DNA from: an uncultured Candidatus Saccharibacteria bacterium
GTDB lineage: Bacteria; Patescibacteriota; Minisyncoccia; Phycocordibacterales; UBA5272
Length of the DNA: 39,094 nucleotides
Assembly (NCBI GenBank): GCA_964654175.1
Contig: CAZZGJ010000002.1
Location: 1-39,094 of the forward strand
Direction: 5' to 3'
Shown piece after piece: positions 1 to 7,545 of the stretch. Numbering within the stretch: position 1 is the first letter of the stretch; each line of letters begins with the position of its first letter. The notes below the pieces were generated by a model, which was not told the origin of the DNA, ran no database searches, and saw nothing but the letters and a program-made list of their open reading frames with translations. Position numbers and translations under genes: made by a program.

Positions 1-1
1 A

Positions 2-100
2 GATGGAAACAGTGAGACATTTGATCCGTTCTGGTGTCTAGGAGCAGAGGATATATACGCAGATTTTATCAGGAAATATAAACCCAAAAACATTATATGA
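2..100 (+). CDS. 3' end of an upstream gene (partial at window edge)
   Basis: Frame is open from the window edge (DGNSETFDPFWCLGAEDIYADFIRKYKPKNII*). Its TGA overlaps the next ATG at 97 (ATGA), the coupling pattern used throughout the window. Confidence 0.4.
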   Translation, partial: DGNSETFDPFWCLGAEDIYADFIRKYKPKNII

Positions 101-384
101 AAATTGAAAAAATCATCGAGTACCTAGAAGCTAACGAACAACACCGTCCAATTGCACAAAAGCACAAAATCATCAGACACTACATCACTCAAATCTACCC
201 ACGACTGCTGCATGTAGGAAGTGACGCAACACTTGAAGCCATGATTGCAGACTGCTTGGACATTGACCGCAAAATTAGACGAGCAAAACAACTTCACCCT
301 CATTTGGCTGGGGACAAGGAAGAAGAAAAAGAGGAATTAGAAGCCAAAGCAATGGAAGATCTAGGTTACACAATAACGCCTTAA
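97..384 (+). CDS. hypothetical protein (95 aa)
   Basis: Track ORF in the co-directional, tightly packed + strand array. No motif recognised. Confidence 0.7.
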   Translation: MKIEKIIEYLEANEQHRPIAQKHKIIRHYITQIYPRLLHVGSDATLEAMIADCLDIDRKIRRAKQLHPHLAGDKEEEKEELEAKAMEDLGYTITP

Positions 385-395
385 TTAAAATAAAT

Positions 396-845
396 ATGAA
401 CTATCAAGATAAAATTTCTACGATTGTAGAAGAAGCGCTAACAGAAAAGACTTTTAGCCTTGAAATTATTACAAAGATTAAAGCTCTTAAAGACGATTTT
501 GAAGCTGTAACAAAAGAAAACGTAAACCTTTTTGCCCTTAATACTGATCTAGCAAAGGGAAACGCTGACTTAACACAAAAAAATAATCAACTCTATGTTG
601 AAAACGAAGAATACAGAAAACGGGAAGATGCGTTAGCTAAAAAGGAAAAAGAGGCTGAGAAAAAAGAGTACGAACTTACGTTTCAAACAAAGCGTGGGGA
701 TGAAATAAAAGAACTTTTTGGGATTGTCTTTAAAAATCCAACTGTGCAGTCGAATGTGTTTCGTAATACTCAAAAGCCAGTAGAGAACGGGTCGTACATG
801 TCTAATGTAAACGAAACTGAGGCCGTTACAGAAACCATTGTTTAG
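396..845 (+). CDS. hypothetical coiled-coil protein (149 aa)
   Basis: K/E-rich heptad-like stretches (ALAKKEKEAEKKEYE). Starts 11 nt after the previous stop. Confidence 0.7.
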   Translation: MNYQDKISTIVEEALTEKTFSLEIITKIKALKDDFEAVTKENVNLFALNTDLAKGNADLTQKNNQLYVENEEYRKREDALAKKEKEAEKKEYELTFQTKRGDEIKELFGIVFKNPTVQSNVFRNTQKPVENGSYMSNVNETEAVTETIV

Positions 846-848
846 CTT

Positions 849-1073
849 ATGGAAAAAAACATACTTACAACTACCAACGCACGAGACCGAGCCTTTATCA
901 CCCAATTCTGTGTCGCAGGAGAGTTTTTTGATAAAGACGGTACAAAGACAGCACTACTTTGTAAAACTGTGAACGCAGGCGAAATCCTGGAGTTCATGCA
1001 CCGATGGGACGCTGTGATGTTTACAAATATGAAGAAGAACAAATTGAAGCATGAAAGCATGGAACTTCAATAA
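849..1073 (+). CDS. hypothetical protein (74 aa)
   Basis: Track ORF starting 3 nt after the previous stop. The antisense ORFs overlapping it look like mirror artefacts. Confidence 0.65.
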   Translation: MEKNILTTTNARDRAFITQFCVAGEFFDKDGTKTALLCKTVNAGEILEFMHRWDAVMFTNMKKNKLKHESMELQ

Positions 1074-1099
1074 GTTAGGAGCAATTTTAGACAAACTAT

Positions 1100-1354
1100 A
1101 TGAAAAACCAAAAAGGAAATGCAGGTCTAGCAATCGTACTCATTATGGGTCTGTTTATGATCATGGTAGTAACCATCATTGTGACTGTAAGTTTGAAAGA
1201 AGAAAAAATAGCAGCCGTTCCTAAACAAGAATGGTGCGAAGTCGGAATAAAAAATTCTGACGGTTCTATTACTTACAGTGGGGATCCAGGAGAAACTGAG
1301 CTATTTGCTTTCGCCACTGCAAATGGTCCAAAGTTATTAGCTAAATGTAGGTAA
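1100..1354 (+). CDS. small membrane protein (84 aa)
   Basis: N-terminal hydrophobic helix GLAIVLIMGLFMIMVVTIIVTV followed by a soluble tail. Confidence 0.7.
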   Translation: MKNQKGNAGLAIVLIMGLFMIMVVTIIVTVSLKEEKIAAVPKQEWCEVGIKNSDGSITYSGDPGETELFAFATANGPKLLAKCR

Positions 1355-1355
1355 T

Positions 1356-1700
1356 ATGGGAACTAATTATTACACCAGAGAAAATGAGTGTGACAAGTGC
1401 GGTAGGTACGAGCAAATCCATTTAGGTAAAAGCTCTCACGGTTGGCAATTCACGTTTCAGTATAACGGTGGACTTTATTACAAGGGCGTTACTCAAATGG
1501 AGAATTGGCTAAAAGATAAAAACATTTGGAATGAATACAATGAACCCGTAACTCACGAAGATTTCTGGGGAATGGTAAAAGAAAAGCAAAATTCAAGAAA
1601 CAAGAATCATGCTGAATATGTAAAAACTCATCATCCAGAATCTGCCCGATACGAACACAACATAGACGGTTACTCATTTACAGATAGAGAATTTAGTTAA
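1356..1700 (+). CDS. hypothetical protein with CxxC motif (114 aa)
   Basis: MGTNYYTRENECDKCGR... Starts 1 nt after the previous stop. Confidence 0.7.
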   Translation: MGTNYYTRENECDKCGRYEQIHLGKSSHGWQFTFQYNGGLYYKGVTQMENWLKDKNIWNEYNEPVTHEDFWGMVKEKQNSRNKNHAEYVKTHHPESARYEHNIDGYSFTDREFS

Positions 1701-1702
1701 AT

Positions 1703-2107
1703 ATGGAAAAACAACACGCAACAAAATGTAAGACACATGACCGAGTGATGGTGGGTGGTGGAAACATTATCCCAAGAGAGTGTGACTGTGACGGCTACCA
1801 CACTTTTGATGAACTCTACGACCACCGCATTACGCTTTATATTGCACTCTGTAAGCACAAACACGATCTGTACGCAATCGAAAATCCAGGCAAGCACAAG
1901 ATCTGGCGCTCAAAAGTACACTCAGACGGCAGTATTTGGGATGGCTGTTTCATTCTAGGAATTGGTACCAACAAGGGAGAGCAAATTACCTACCACCTAC
2001 CACTTTCACGATGGGATGAAACAGATTTTGTAGAGGAAATCGAGAAAGCGCCAGAGTGGGACGGACACACACCAGAAGATGTATTAGCAAGAATTAAAAA
2101 ATTATAA
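1703..2107 (+). CDS. hypothetical Cys/His-rich protein (134 aa)
   Basis: CKTH...CDCDGYH near the N-terminus and PEWDGH near the C-terminus. Packed 2 nt after the previous stop. Confidence 0.7.
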   Translation: MEKQHATKCKTHDRVMVGGGNIIPRECDCDGYHTFDELYDHRITLYIALCKHKHDLYAIENPGKHKIWRSKVHSDGSIWDGCFILGIGTNKGEQITYHLPLSRWDETDFVEEIEKAPEWDGHTPEDVLARIKKL

Positions 2108-2108
2108 A

Positions 2109-2420
2109 ATGTCACAAAATAAACCATTAGCTGAAAACTACGTCCACGTTTACGAAGGTATCCGTGTCGCAGTACACATCAACTACATTGAAGGTCTTAT
2201 CACGCTCATTGACGAAAATCCAAAGAACCCTAGCGCAGTCCAAGGCAAGCAGTGGATCTTCCGAAATCGAAGTCTCGACTACATGGGAGGTTGGCTAGAA
2301 ATCATGGACGCAATGAAAAGCGCTGTCTCAGAAGCTGCCGACAAGCTCAAAGCGTACCAAGAACAAGAAGCTGCAGAAAAAGAAGCATTGCTCATAAAGA
2401 TAATTCAAGAAACTGCATGA
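2109..2420 (+). CDS. hypothetical protein (103 aa)
   Basis: Track ORF starting 1 nt after the previous stop. Confidence 0.7.
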   Translation: MSQNKPLAENYVHVYEGIRVAVHINYIEGLITLIDENPKNPSAVQGKQWIFRNRSLDYMGGWLEIMDAMKSAVSEAADKLKAYQEQEAAEKEALLIKIIQETA

Positions 2421-2650
2421 GCAAGCCAATGACCGAAAAAACCTTCATTCTTACCGACATGTGCATGTGGGAAAAGAACCGTCAGGAAGGAGACATGGGA
2501 GACCATGCCATCATCGTCATTGATGAAGAAACGGGACAAATGCACGTTATTGATGGTGGCTCAAAGATCAAGTTCCTAGAGGGTAAGATTTCAGAGCCAA
2601 TGACGCAGACAAGTTACAACGAAATGGAGCATGAGACAAAAATACCATGA
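2417..2650 (+). CDS. hypothetical protein (77 aa)
   Basis: Track ORF 2252..2650 trimmed to the ATG at 2417 (MSKPMTEK...), which makes an ATGA overlap with the stop of 2109..2420. Confidence 0.6.
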   Translation: MSKPMTEKTFILTDMCMWEKNRQEGDMGDHAIIVIDEETGQMHVIDGGSKIKFLEGKISEPMTQTSYNEMEHETKIP

Positions 2651-2757
2651 CAGATTTTCAGTTCTTACTATTTATCTTGATCTGTTTCGTCCTTTTTACA
2701 GGAGAGCCAGACCTTGTAGACGCACTTATTCACATGATAATGAGCATTGATCTATGA
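2647..2757 (+). CDS. 36-aa hydrophobic peptide
   Basis: Below the track size cutoff. MTDFQFLLFILICFVLFTGEPDLVDALIHMIMSIDL, with ATGA overlaps at both ends (2647 and 2754). Confidence 0.4.
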   Translation: MTDFQFLLFILICFVLFTGEPDLVDALIHMIMSIDL

Positions 2758-3014
2758 AATCAAAACTACTTACGATTGCCCAGTGGATTTGGGCAATACT
2801 CATAATTCTGGCAGTTTTAGGTGTCTTATTCAGAATTGCATTCTTTTTCGTTCACACTGACCACAATAACAACACCATTACACCACTTGTAAAGTCATGT
2901 GAAGCAAAAGGTGGAAAAATTGAAATGGTTGAATGGGAGTATGGTTGTGCAAGATTAGAAGAAGGAAAAAAGAGAGAAGTACCCTGCTACGTAATTGAGT
3001 GTATTGGCTTATGA
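2754..3014 (+). CDS. small membrane protein (86 aa)
   Basis: TM segment LLTIAQWIWAILIILAVLGVLFRIAFFFV. Confidence 0.65.
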   Translation: MKSKLLTIAQWIWAILIILAVLGVLFRIAFFFVHTDHNNNTITPLVKSCEAKGGKIEMVEWEYGCARLEEGKKREVPCYVIECIGL

Positions 3015-3202
3015 AAACTTTTGTTTTAAGTCTATTTTGGAAAACTTACAAAGTTACTTACCGAGAAAGTAAGGGAATTCTGTACAATGTAAAATTTTTT
3101 CGTGGCTTTACTTGGGAGGTCGTGAACATGGCTACGAAGTCAGTCAAGGAAGATTTTAAAGATGGAGAGTGGGCAGTGTGGAATATTGAATTAGTGCCAT
3201 GA
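3011..3202 (+). CDS. hypothetical protein (63 aa)
   Basis: Track ORF 2999..3202 trimmed to the ATG at 3011 (MKTFVLS...), giving an ATGA overlap with the previous stop. Confidence 0.55.
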   Translation: MKTFVLSLFWKTYKVTYRESKGILYNVKFFRGFTWEVVNMATKSVKEDFKDGEWAVWNIELVP

Positions 3203-3259
3203 GGAAGATACTTTTTTTAGACATTCTTATACCCATGTAGTAAACATTCCTCTATACCG

Positions 3260-3272
3260 AAGTGATATACTT
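3260..3272 (+). promoter_or_regulatory. extended -10 type promoter motif AAGTGATATACTT
   Basis: TGaTATACT in the 138-nt gap before gene 3341. The same 13-mer occurs at 30987..30999 and a close variant at 9316..9329. Confidence 0.35.
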
Positions 3273-3340
3273 ATAGGGAAGTGCCAATGATTTCTTTATG
3301 AAGTCACAGGGATTTAACAAATAACAAAATAATCAATTTT

Positions 3341-3598
3341 ATGGCAGACGCTAACGAAGTTGTTTCTGGATCAGGAAACACAGTCCGACCACTTACCCAA
3401 GAAGAACTAGAAGCGCTCACCGCAGACCTTCAAGCTGTTCTTGTAAAACATAACGCTGAAATGGGTGTTACTTCTACAATTAACCTCATGAAAGTAGTAA
3501 CATCACCAAATGAACCAGCAACTACACCAGAAGAACCAAAGTCAGAGGAAGAAGGATCCGAAGCGGAACCCGACACCGAGGCAGAGGAAGGCAGCTAA
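3341..3598 (+). CDS. acidic hypothetical protein (85 aa)
   Basis: First gene after an intergenic gap. C-terminal tail EEPKSEEEGSEAEPDTEAEEGS. Confidence 0.65.
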   Translation: MADANEVVSGSGNTVRPLTQEELEALTADLQAVLVKHNAEMGVTSTINLMKVVTSPNEPATTPEEPKSEEEGSEAEPDTEAEEGS

Positions 3599-3992
3599 AG
3601 CCTACATAGATAACTTCCTTTCAGGGAAGCCTGTTTCTACTGCACTGGTGTTGAAAAGTGTTGGATACGGCACAGGACTCCAAAACTCTCCACAGAGAGT
3701 CGTAGAGTCTCCAGGCTTTAAGCAGTCACTAGCAGAATACGGACTTACTGAGGAACTTATCACATCAGCTTTAGTTACTGACATTAGAGGAAAAGTAGGA
3801 AAGCGTCACCAAGAATTGAAGTTAGGAGCTGAGATACTTGGAATGGTTAAGAGAGAAGAAAAACCAAATCCAGAACAAAAAAACACGTACAACTTTATCT
3901 TTAATGCAGATGTGCAGGATAAAGTAAAAGCGATTAACGAAGATATTAAAAGAATGCTAATCAATCCACCTGATGTTCAAGAGATTTCATAG
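3510..3992 (+). CDS. possible small terminase / DNA-binding protein (160 aa)
   Basis: Basic N-terminus, then KAYIDNFLSGKPVSTALVLKSVGYGTGLQNSPQRVVESPGFKQSL, which resembles the HTH region of small terminases. No in-frame start lies downstream of 3598, so it must overlap 3341..3598 by 89 nt. Confidence 0.4.
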   Translation: MNQQLHQKNQSQRKKDPKRNPTPRQRKAAKAYIDNFLSGKPVSTALVLKSVGYGTGLQNSPQRVVESPGFKQSLAEYGLTEELITSALVTDIRGKVGKRHQELKLGAEILGMVKREEKPNPEQKNTYNFIFNADVQDKVKAINEDIKRMLINPPDVQEIS

Positions 3993-4197
3993 AGTGTGGG
4001 AACTAAGTAAAAAAGATCCTGAAATATTGGACCTTTACGAAAAGCTCACTCCAGAAGAAATTGCAGACATTCCTAACGTTTCCAAAGGCGATGGGAAAGC
4101 TGTGTTCTTTGGTAAAGGCACTACAGAGGAATTCATTGAGCTAGAACGAGCTGATAAAGGCTTGAAAGGTTGGTATGACAGGCTTAAAAGTTTATAG
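3973..4197 (+). CDS. hypothetical protein (74 aa)
   Basis: Track ORF. The ATG at 3973 overlaps the previous gene by 20 nt. A GTG at 3994 would remove the overlap. Confidence 0.55.
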   Translation: MFKRFHRVWELSKKDPEILDLYEKLTPEEIADIPNVSKGDGKAVFFGKGTTEEFIELERADKGLKGWYDRLKSL

Positions 4198-4199
4198 AT

Positions 4200-4712
4200 A
4201 TGTCAGAAAATAACACTGTAGTAGAACACGATGTGGAGCTAGGAAAGTTTAAGGTACTTGCTCCAATTGAATTTACTGATGAAACAGGAAAGCGCCTTGG
4301 TGATTTAGAAGTTGGCTCAATTCAAGAAGTTCCTGTTGATTTGGGTAACTCATGGGTAGAACAAGGACTTGCAGAAGTATTTACTCTTGAAGAAGAATCA
4401 GCGCCAGTTCTACCTGTAGAGGAAGAAGGACCAGTACTTGAAAGCAATGAATACGTGCTTAAAGGCTTTAAGGGTAGTGAAGACGTAGTTGTTGAGTTTT
4501 ATGAAATGAATGAAGATGGAACTACAAAAGAAGGAACAAGCGTAGAAGCTTTGATTCAGGTAGCGATTACTCGTTTAACTGAACTTAACAATCGTTTTGC
4601 TAGCGACTTCAGCAAGAACGCAATCTCTCACCTTACCGAAGCACTTGCGCAACTCAATGAGCGCACTCGTGATCGGGTAGCTCGTGGCGTAGAAGGAACC
4701 CATCAAGCGTAG
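4200..4712 (+). CDS. acidic hypothetical protein (170 aa)
   Basis: Track ORF starting 2 nt after the previous stop. Confidence 0.7.
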   Translation: MSENNTVVEHDVELGKFKVLAPIEFTDETGKRLGDLEVGSIQEVPVDLGNSWVEQGLAEVFTLEEESAPVLPVEEEGPVLESNEYVLKGFKGSEDVVVEFYEMNEDGTTKEGTSVEALIQVAITRLTELNNRFASDFSKNAISHLTEALAQLNERTRDRVARGVEGTHQA

Positions 4713-4714
4713 CT

Positions 4715-4888
4715 ATGGCAATGGATAACTTATTCATCACCTACCGTGAACACCGAAGGGACATGAAAGCATTTCCACCAGGTTCACCTGCTTATAACCG
4801 AGCTAAGGACCGATTGAGTGAGTTCCTAGCCTATGTAAAAGAGAAACACGGTCAGTCAGTTGTTGACACACTAAAATCAGACAAATGA
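4715..4888 (+). CDS. hypothetical protein (57 aa)
   Basis: Below the track cutoff. MAMDNLFITYREHRRDMKAF...TLKSDK fills the gap exactly and ends in an ATGA overlap with the ATG at 4885. Confidence 0.5.
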   Translation: MAMDNLFITYREHRRDMKAFPPGSPAYNRAKDRLSEFLAYVKEKHGQSVVDTLKSDK

Positions 4889-5331
4889 AGTACGAACACC
4901 AGCCACGACCAGAAATAGAAAATCATCCTCACATTAGGATGCTTATTGAAAATCAAGAGAAACGGTCAGCAGATAGAGACAGACACCGTAACCGAGAAAA
5001 GGAGCTGGCGGAACGTCAAGAAGAAATAGATCGATACAAACACATTGACGTTATTGAGTTCTTTTGCGCTCACTGCCAAGAAGATTTCGCTCATTATGCT
5101 GTAAAGCAAGTAGAGGTTGACTGGTCCAACAGTCGCCAAAACATTGCATTTTACAAAGGAAAGCATGAGGAATGCGGAAATTGGGCAATCCGTCACATCA
5201 CTGATCGCTTTATGGATCCTTACTGGTTTGAGTCAATTCAAGTGGCAAACGATAGAGGAAGGCACTTTGCAGACCTTCTACAGCCATTTGAGACAGGTTA
5301 CCAATTGTTATACGGACGTAAGAACACTTAA
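4885..5331 (+). CDS. hypothetical Cys/His protein (148 aa)
   Basis: CAHCQ...HEECGNW. Charged N-terminal helix. Confidence 0.7.
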   Translation: MKYEHQPRPEIENHPHIRMLIENQEKRSADRDRHRNREKELAERQEEIDRYKHIDVIEFFCAHCQEDFAHYAVKQVEVDWSNSRQNIAFYKGKHEECGNWAIRHITDRFMDPYWFESIQVANDRGRHFADLLQPFETGYQLLYGRKNT

Positions 5332-5333
5332 TT

Positions 5334-5498
5334 ATGGGAATGTACGCAGTAGGAAGCAAAATGAAAGACCCGTTAGGGAATCTCTGGACCATCACTTCTT
5401 TATGGCAGTTTGAAAACTACTTGTGTATGTCCCTGATGACAGCAGACGGCTCACAGTTAGGAGAACACCGTATCCAACTTTATCAAATGAACTATTAG
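5334..5498 (+). CDS. hypothetical protein (54 aa)
   Basis: Below the track cutoff. MGMYAVGSKMKDPLGNLW... fills the gap between 5331 and 5502. Confidence 0.4.
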   Translation: MGMYAVGSKMKDPLGNLWTITSLWQFENYLCMSLMTADGSQLGEHRIQLYQMNY

Positions 5499-5501
5499 AC
5501 T

Positions 5502-5726
5502 ATGCAAAAGAAGAAACGAAGGATAAGTATATTTGAACGCATCCGTAGAGCCTTTCTTACTCCAGAGGAAAGACAGAGTGAAATTAGCAATACTCGTGGA
5601 CATCAAAGATGGGCGCAGGGATGGAAAAGAAATGCTACGTTCAAAGGTAAGCCTCTTACTCGCTCTATGATACGTAGAGTTGGATCAAGAGAAAAAGCAT
5701 TAAAACTAGGTTTAATAAAAGCATGA
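5502..5726 (+). CDS. small basic protein (74 aa)
   Basis: K/R-rich (MQKKKRRISIFERIRRAF...). ATGA overlap with the GroES-like gene. Confidence 0.6.
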   Translation: MQKKKRRISIFERIRRAFLTPEERQSEISNTRGHQRWAQGWKRNATFKGKPLTRSMIRRVGSREKALKLGLIKA

Positions 5727-6013
5727 TTGTATTAGGAAACAGAATTCTTGTCTCTAAAGTAGAGGAAGAAAAGAAAGAAGGAGGCTTTGCCACTGTAGAA
5801 GTGCAAGATAGCTTCCTATACCAAGGAAAAGTAGAACAGGTTGGTAGCACACCACTATTGCTTGCTGGTTCATCTACATCAGCAGTTGAGCCAATTATCA
5901 AAGAAGGAGCAGTTGTACTCTTTGCTAAGTACTCTCCACACACTCAGTCAGTCAAAATTGAAGGGCAAGATATGAAGATTATCAGAGTAGAAGACGTATT
6001 AGCGGTAATGTAA
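5723..6013 (+). CDS. groES: co-chaperonin GroES-like (Cpn10)
   Basis: 96 aa with Cpn10 layout: NRILVSKVEEEKKEGG (mobile-loop region) ... GKVEQVG ... GAVVLFAKYS ... IEGQDMKII..EDVLAV. Lies directly upstream of GroEL. Confidence 0.8.
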   Translation: MIVLGNRILVSKVEEEKKEGGFATVEVQDSFLYQGKVEQVGSTPLLLAGSSTSAVEPIIKEGAVVLFAKYSPHTQSVKIEGQDMKIIRVEDVLAVM

Positions 6014-6015
6014 CT

Positions 6016-7545
6016 ATGTTCAAAGAGATCACACACGGAAGTGAAGCACGAGCCAAAATCAAAGCTGGAATAGATAAAGCAGCCAATGCTGTAGCGCCAA
6101 CACTTGGAGCTGTAGGAATGAGCGCAATGATTGAGTATCCAGGACTTGATCCTATTCATGCTGATGACGGCGTTACTATTCTTAAAAACATAGAGCTTGA
6201 AGATAAACATGAAAACATGGGTGTCCAGACGCTACGAAAAGCTGCTATTCGTACTTCTGAGGAAGGCGGTGATGGGACAGCAACGACTACCATTCTTACC
6301 CAGGCTCTTGTGGGTGAGGCATTTAAGGAAATCGAAGTCGACTCCTCAAAAATACGAGAGGTTCGTGAAAGACTTGAACAAGGATTGGTTGAAGTATTGG
6401 CAGAACTCGCAGAACTAAAGCGTGACGTTACAGAAGACGATATTGAACGCATTGCTACTATTTCTTCACTTGATCCAGAAGTGGCTAAACTCATTGCAGA
6501 AGTCATTAAGGAAGTAGGAGTTAGCGGTGTAGTGACTGTAGAGCGTGGCGCACAACTTGGATACAAGAAGGAAGTGGTAAAAGGCGCTCGTTTCGATAGT
6601 GGGCTTATTTCGCCATTCTTTATCAACGACCATGAGAACGTCCAGACCGTATTGGAAGATGCGTTTATTGTTCTAGTTGACCGTAAAATCAGCATGAACG
6701 AGCAAATCATCCCACTACTTAATTCAATTGGCACAGGACAAGACATTCTCTTTATCGCTACAGACGTTGAATCAGTCGCATTGGGAACTCTAGCGCATAA
6801 CGCTGCTAACGGTATTGCAGACATTGCATGTGTCCGAAACCCACTAAATGCAAGCGCTGGACGAGATTTTCTCTTTGATATGGCTGCTCTAACAGGCGCT
6901 ACCGTTATCTCTGAGGAAATGGGCATGAAGCTAGATCAAGCTGATGTAAAGCTATGTGGACGGGCTGAGAAGGTTATCGTTACCAAAGACACCACAACTA
7001 TCATTGGTGGAGTAGCTGGAGAAACGCTAGAAGCCCGTGTAAAGGACATTGAGCGCCAAATTAGTGAAACTACCAGTGACTACCAGAAAATGATGCTCAA
7101 AGACCGTTTAGCACAGCTTACGGGGGGTATAGGAGTCATCCGAGTGGGTGCTTACACTGATACTGAGTTCAATGCTAAGAAGTACAAGTTCCAGAATGCT
7201 ATTAACGCTACTCAGGCAGCTTTACAAGAGGGTATTCTTCCAGGTGGAGGCGCTGCACTAATGTCTGTTACCGTCAAAGAAAAGATGTTTAAGAAGGCAA
7301 TCCGAGCGCCATTCTTCCAAATGGCTAAGAATGCAGGCATGGATATAGAGTTTGAAGCAAATCAGACATATGCAGCAGGCTATGGAACCAACTTCAAGAC
7401 TAAGGAAGAAGGCGTAAATATGTTTGAGCAAGGCATTATCGATCCTTTCAAAGTGACTCGATTGGCACTAGAGAGCGCTACAGCCATTGCTATGAGCCTT
7501 GTAGGAACTGAAACTGTTATTACCGTTAAAAAAACAGATGAGTAA
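6016..7545 (+). CDS. groEL: chaperonin GroEL-like (Cpn60), 509 aa
   Basis: Group I chaperonin hallmarks: ARAKIKAGIDKAANAV, GDGTATTTILTQALV (GDGTTT ATP-binding motif), VGAYTDTE, LPGGGAAL, IIDPFKVTRLALESA. It has no C-terminal GGM tail. Confidence 0.92.
   Translation: MFKEITHGSEARAKIKAGIDKAANAVAPTLGAVGMSAMIEYPGLDPIHADDGVTILKNIELEDKHENMGVQTLRKAAIRTSEEGGDGTATTTILTQALVGEAFKEIEVDSSKIREVRERLEQGLVEVLAELAELKRDVTEDDIERIATISSLDPEVAKLIAEVIKEVGVSGVVTVERGAQLGYKKEVVKGARFDSGLISPFFINDHENVQTVLEDAFIVLVDRKISMNEQIIPLLNSIGTGQDILFIATDVESVALGTLAHNAANGIADIACVRNPLNASAGRDFLFDMAALTGATVISEEMGMKLDQADVKLCGRAEKVIVTKDTTTIIGGVAGETLEARVKDIERQISETTSDYQKMMLKDRLAQLTGGIGVIRVGAYTDTEFNAKKYKFQNAINATQAALQEGILPGGGAALMSVTVKEKMFKKAIRAPFFQMAKNAGMDIEFEANQTYAAGYGTNFKTKEEGVNMFEQGIIDPFKVTRLALESATAIAMSLVGTETVITVKKTDE

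Noticed and set aside
5117-5413. 98-aa + strand ORF overlapping 4885..5331 in another frame, and similar alternative-frame ORFs (1755..1958, 6197..6418, 7971..8180, 8613..8798, 9493..9711, 19858..20127, 20989..21180, 22236..22570, 23293..23595, 26539..26733, 28271..28462, 36400..36672).
   Set aside because: Each is nested in a longer, better-supported frame. The products are biased and feature-poor, and none fits the end-to-end packing pattern.
6156-6926. 256-aa minus-strand ORF inside the GroEL gene. Similar long antisense ORFs occur at 10064..10375, 12562..12888, 16909..17181, 17260..17604, 18519..18875, 22871..23212 and 25796..26269.
   Set aside because: They lie fully antisense to confidently recognised or well-packed + strand genes. 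Their S/T/A/P-rich low-complexity products are typical mirror-frame artefacts, and none has a start context or motif.
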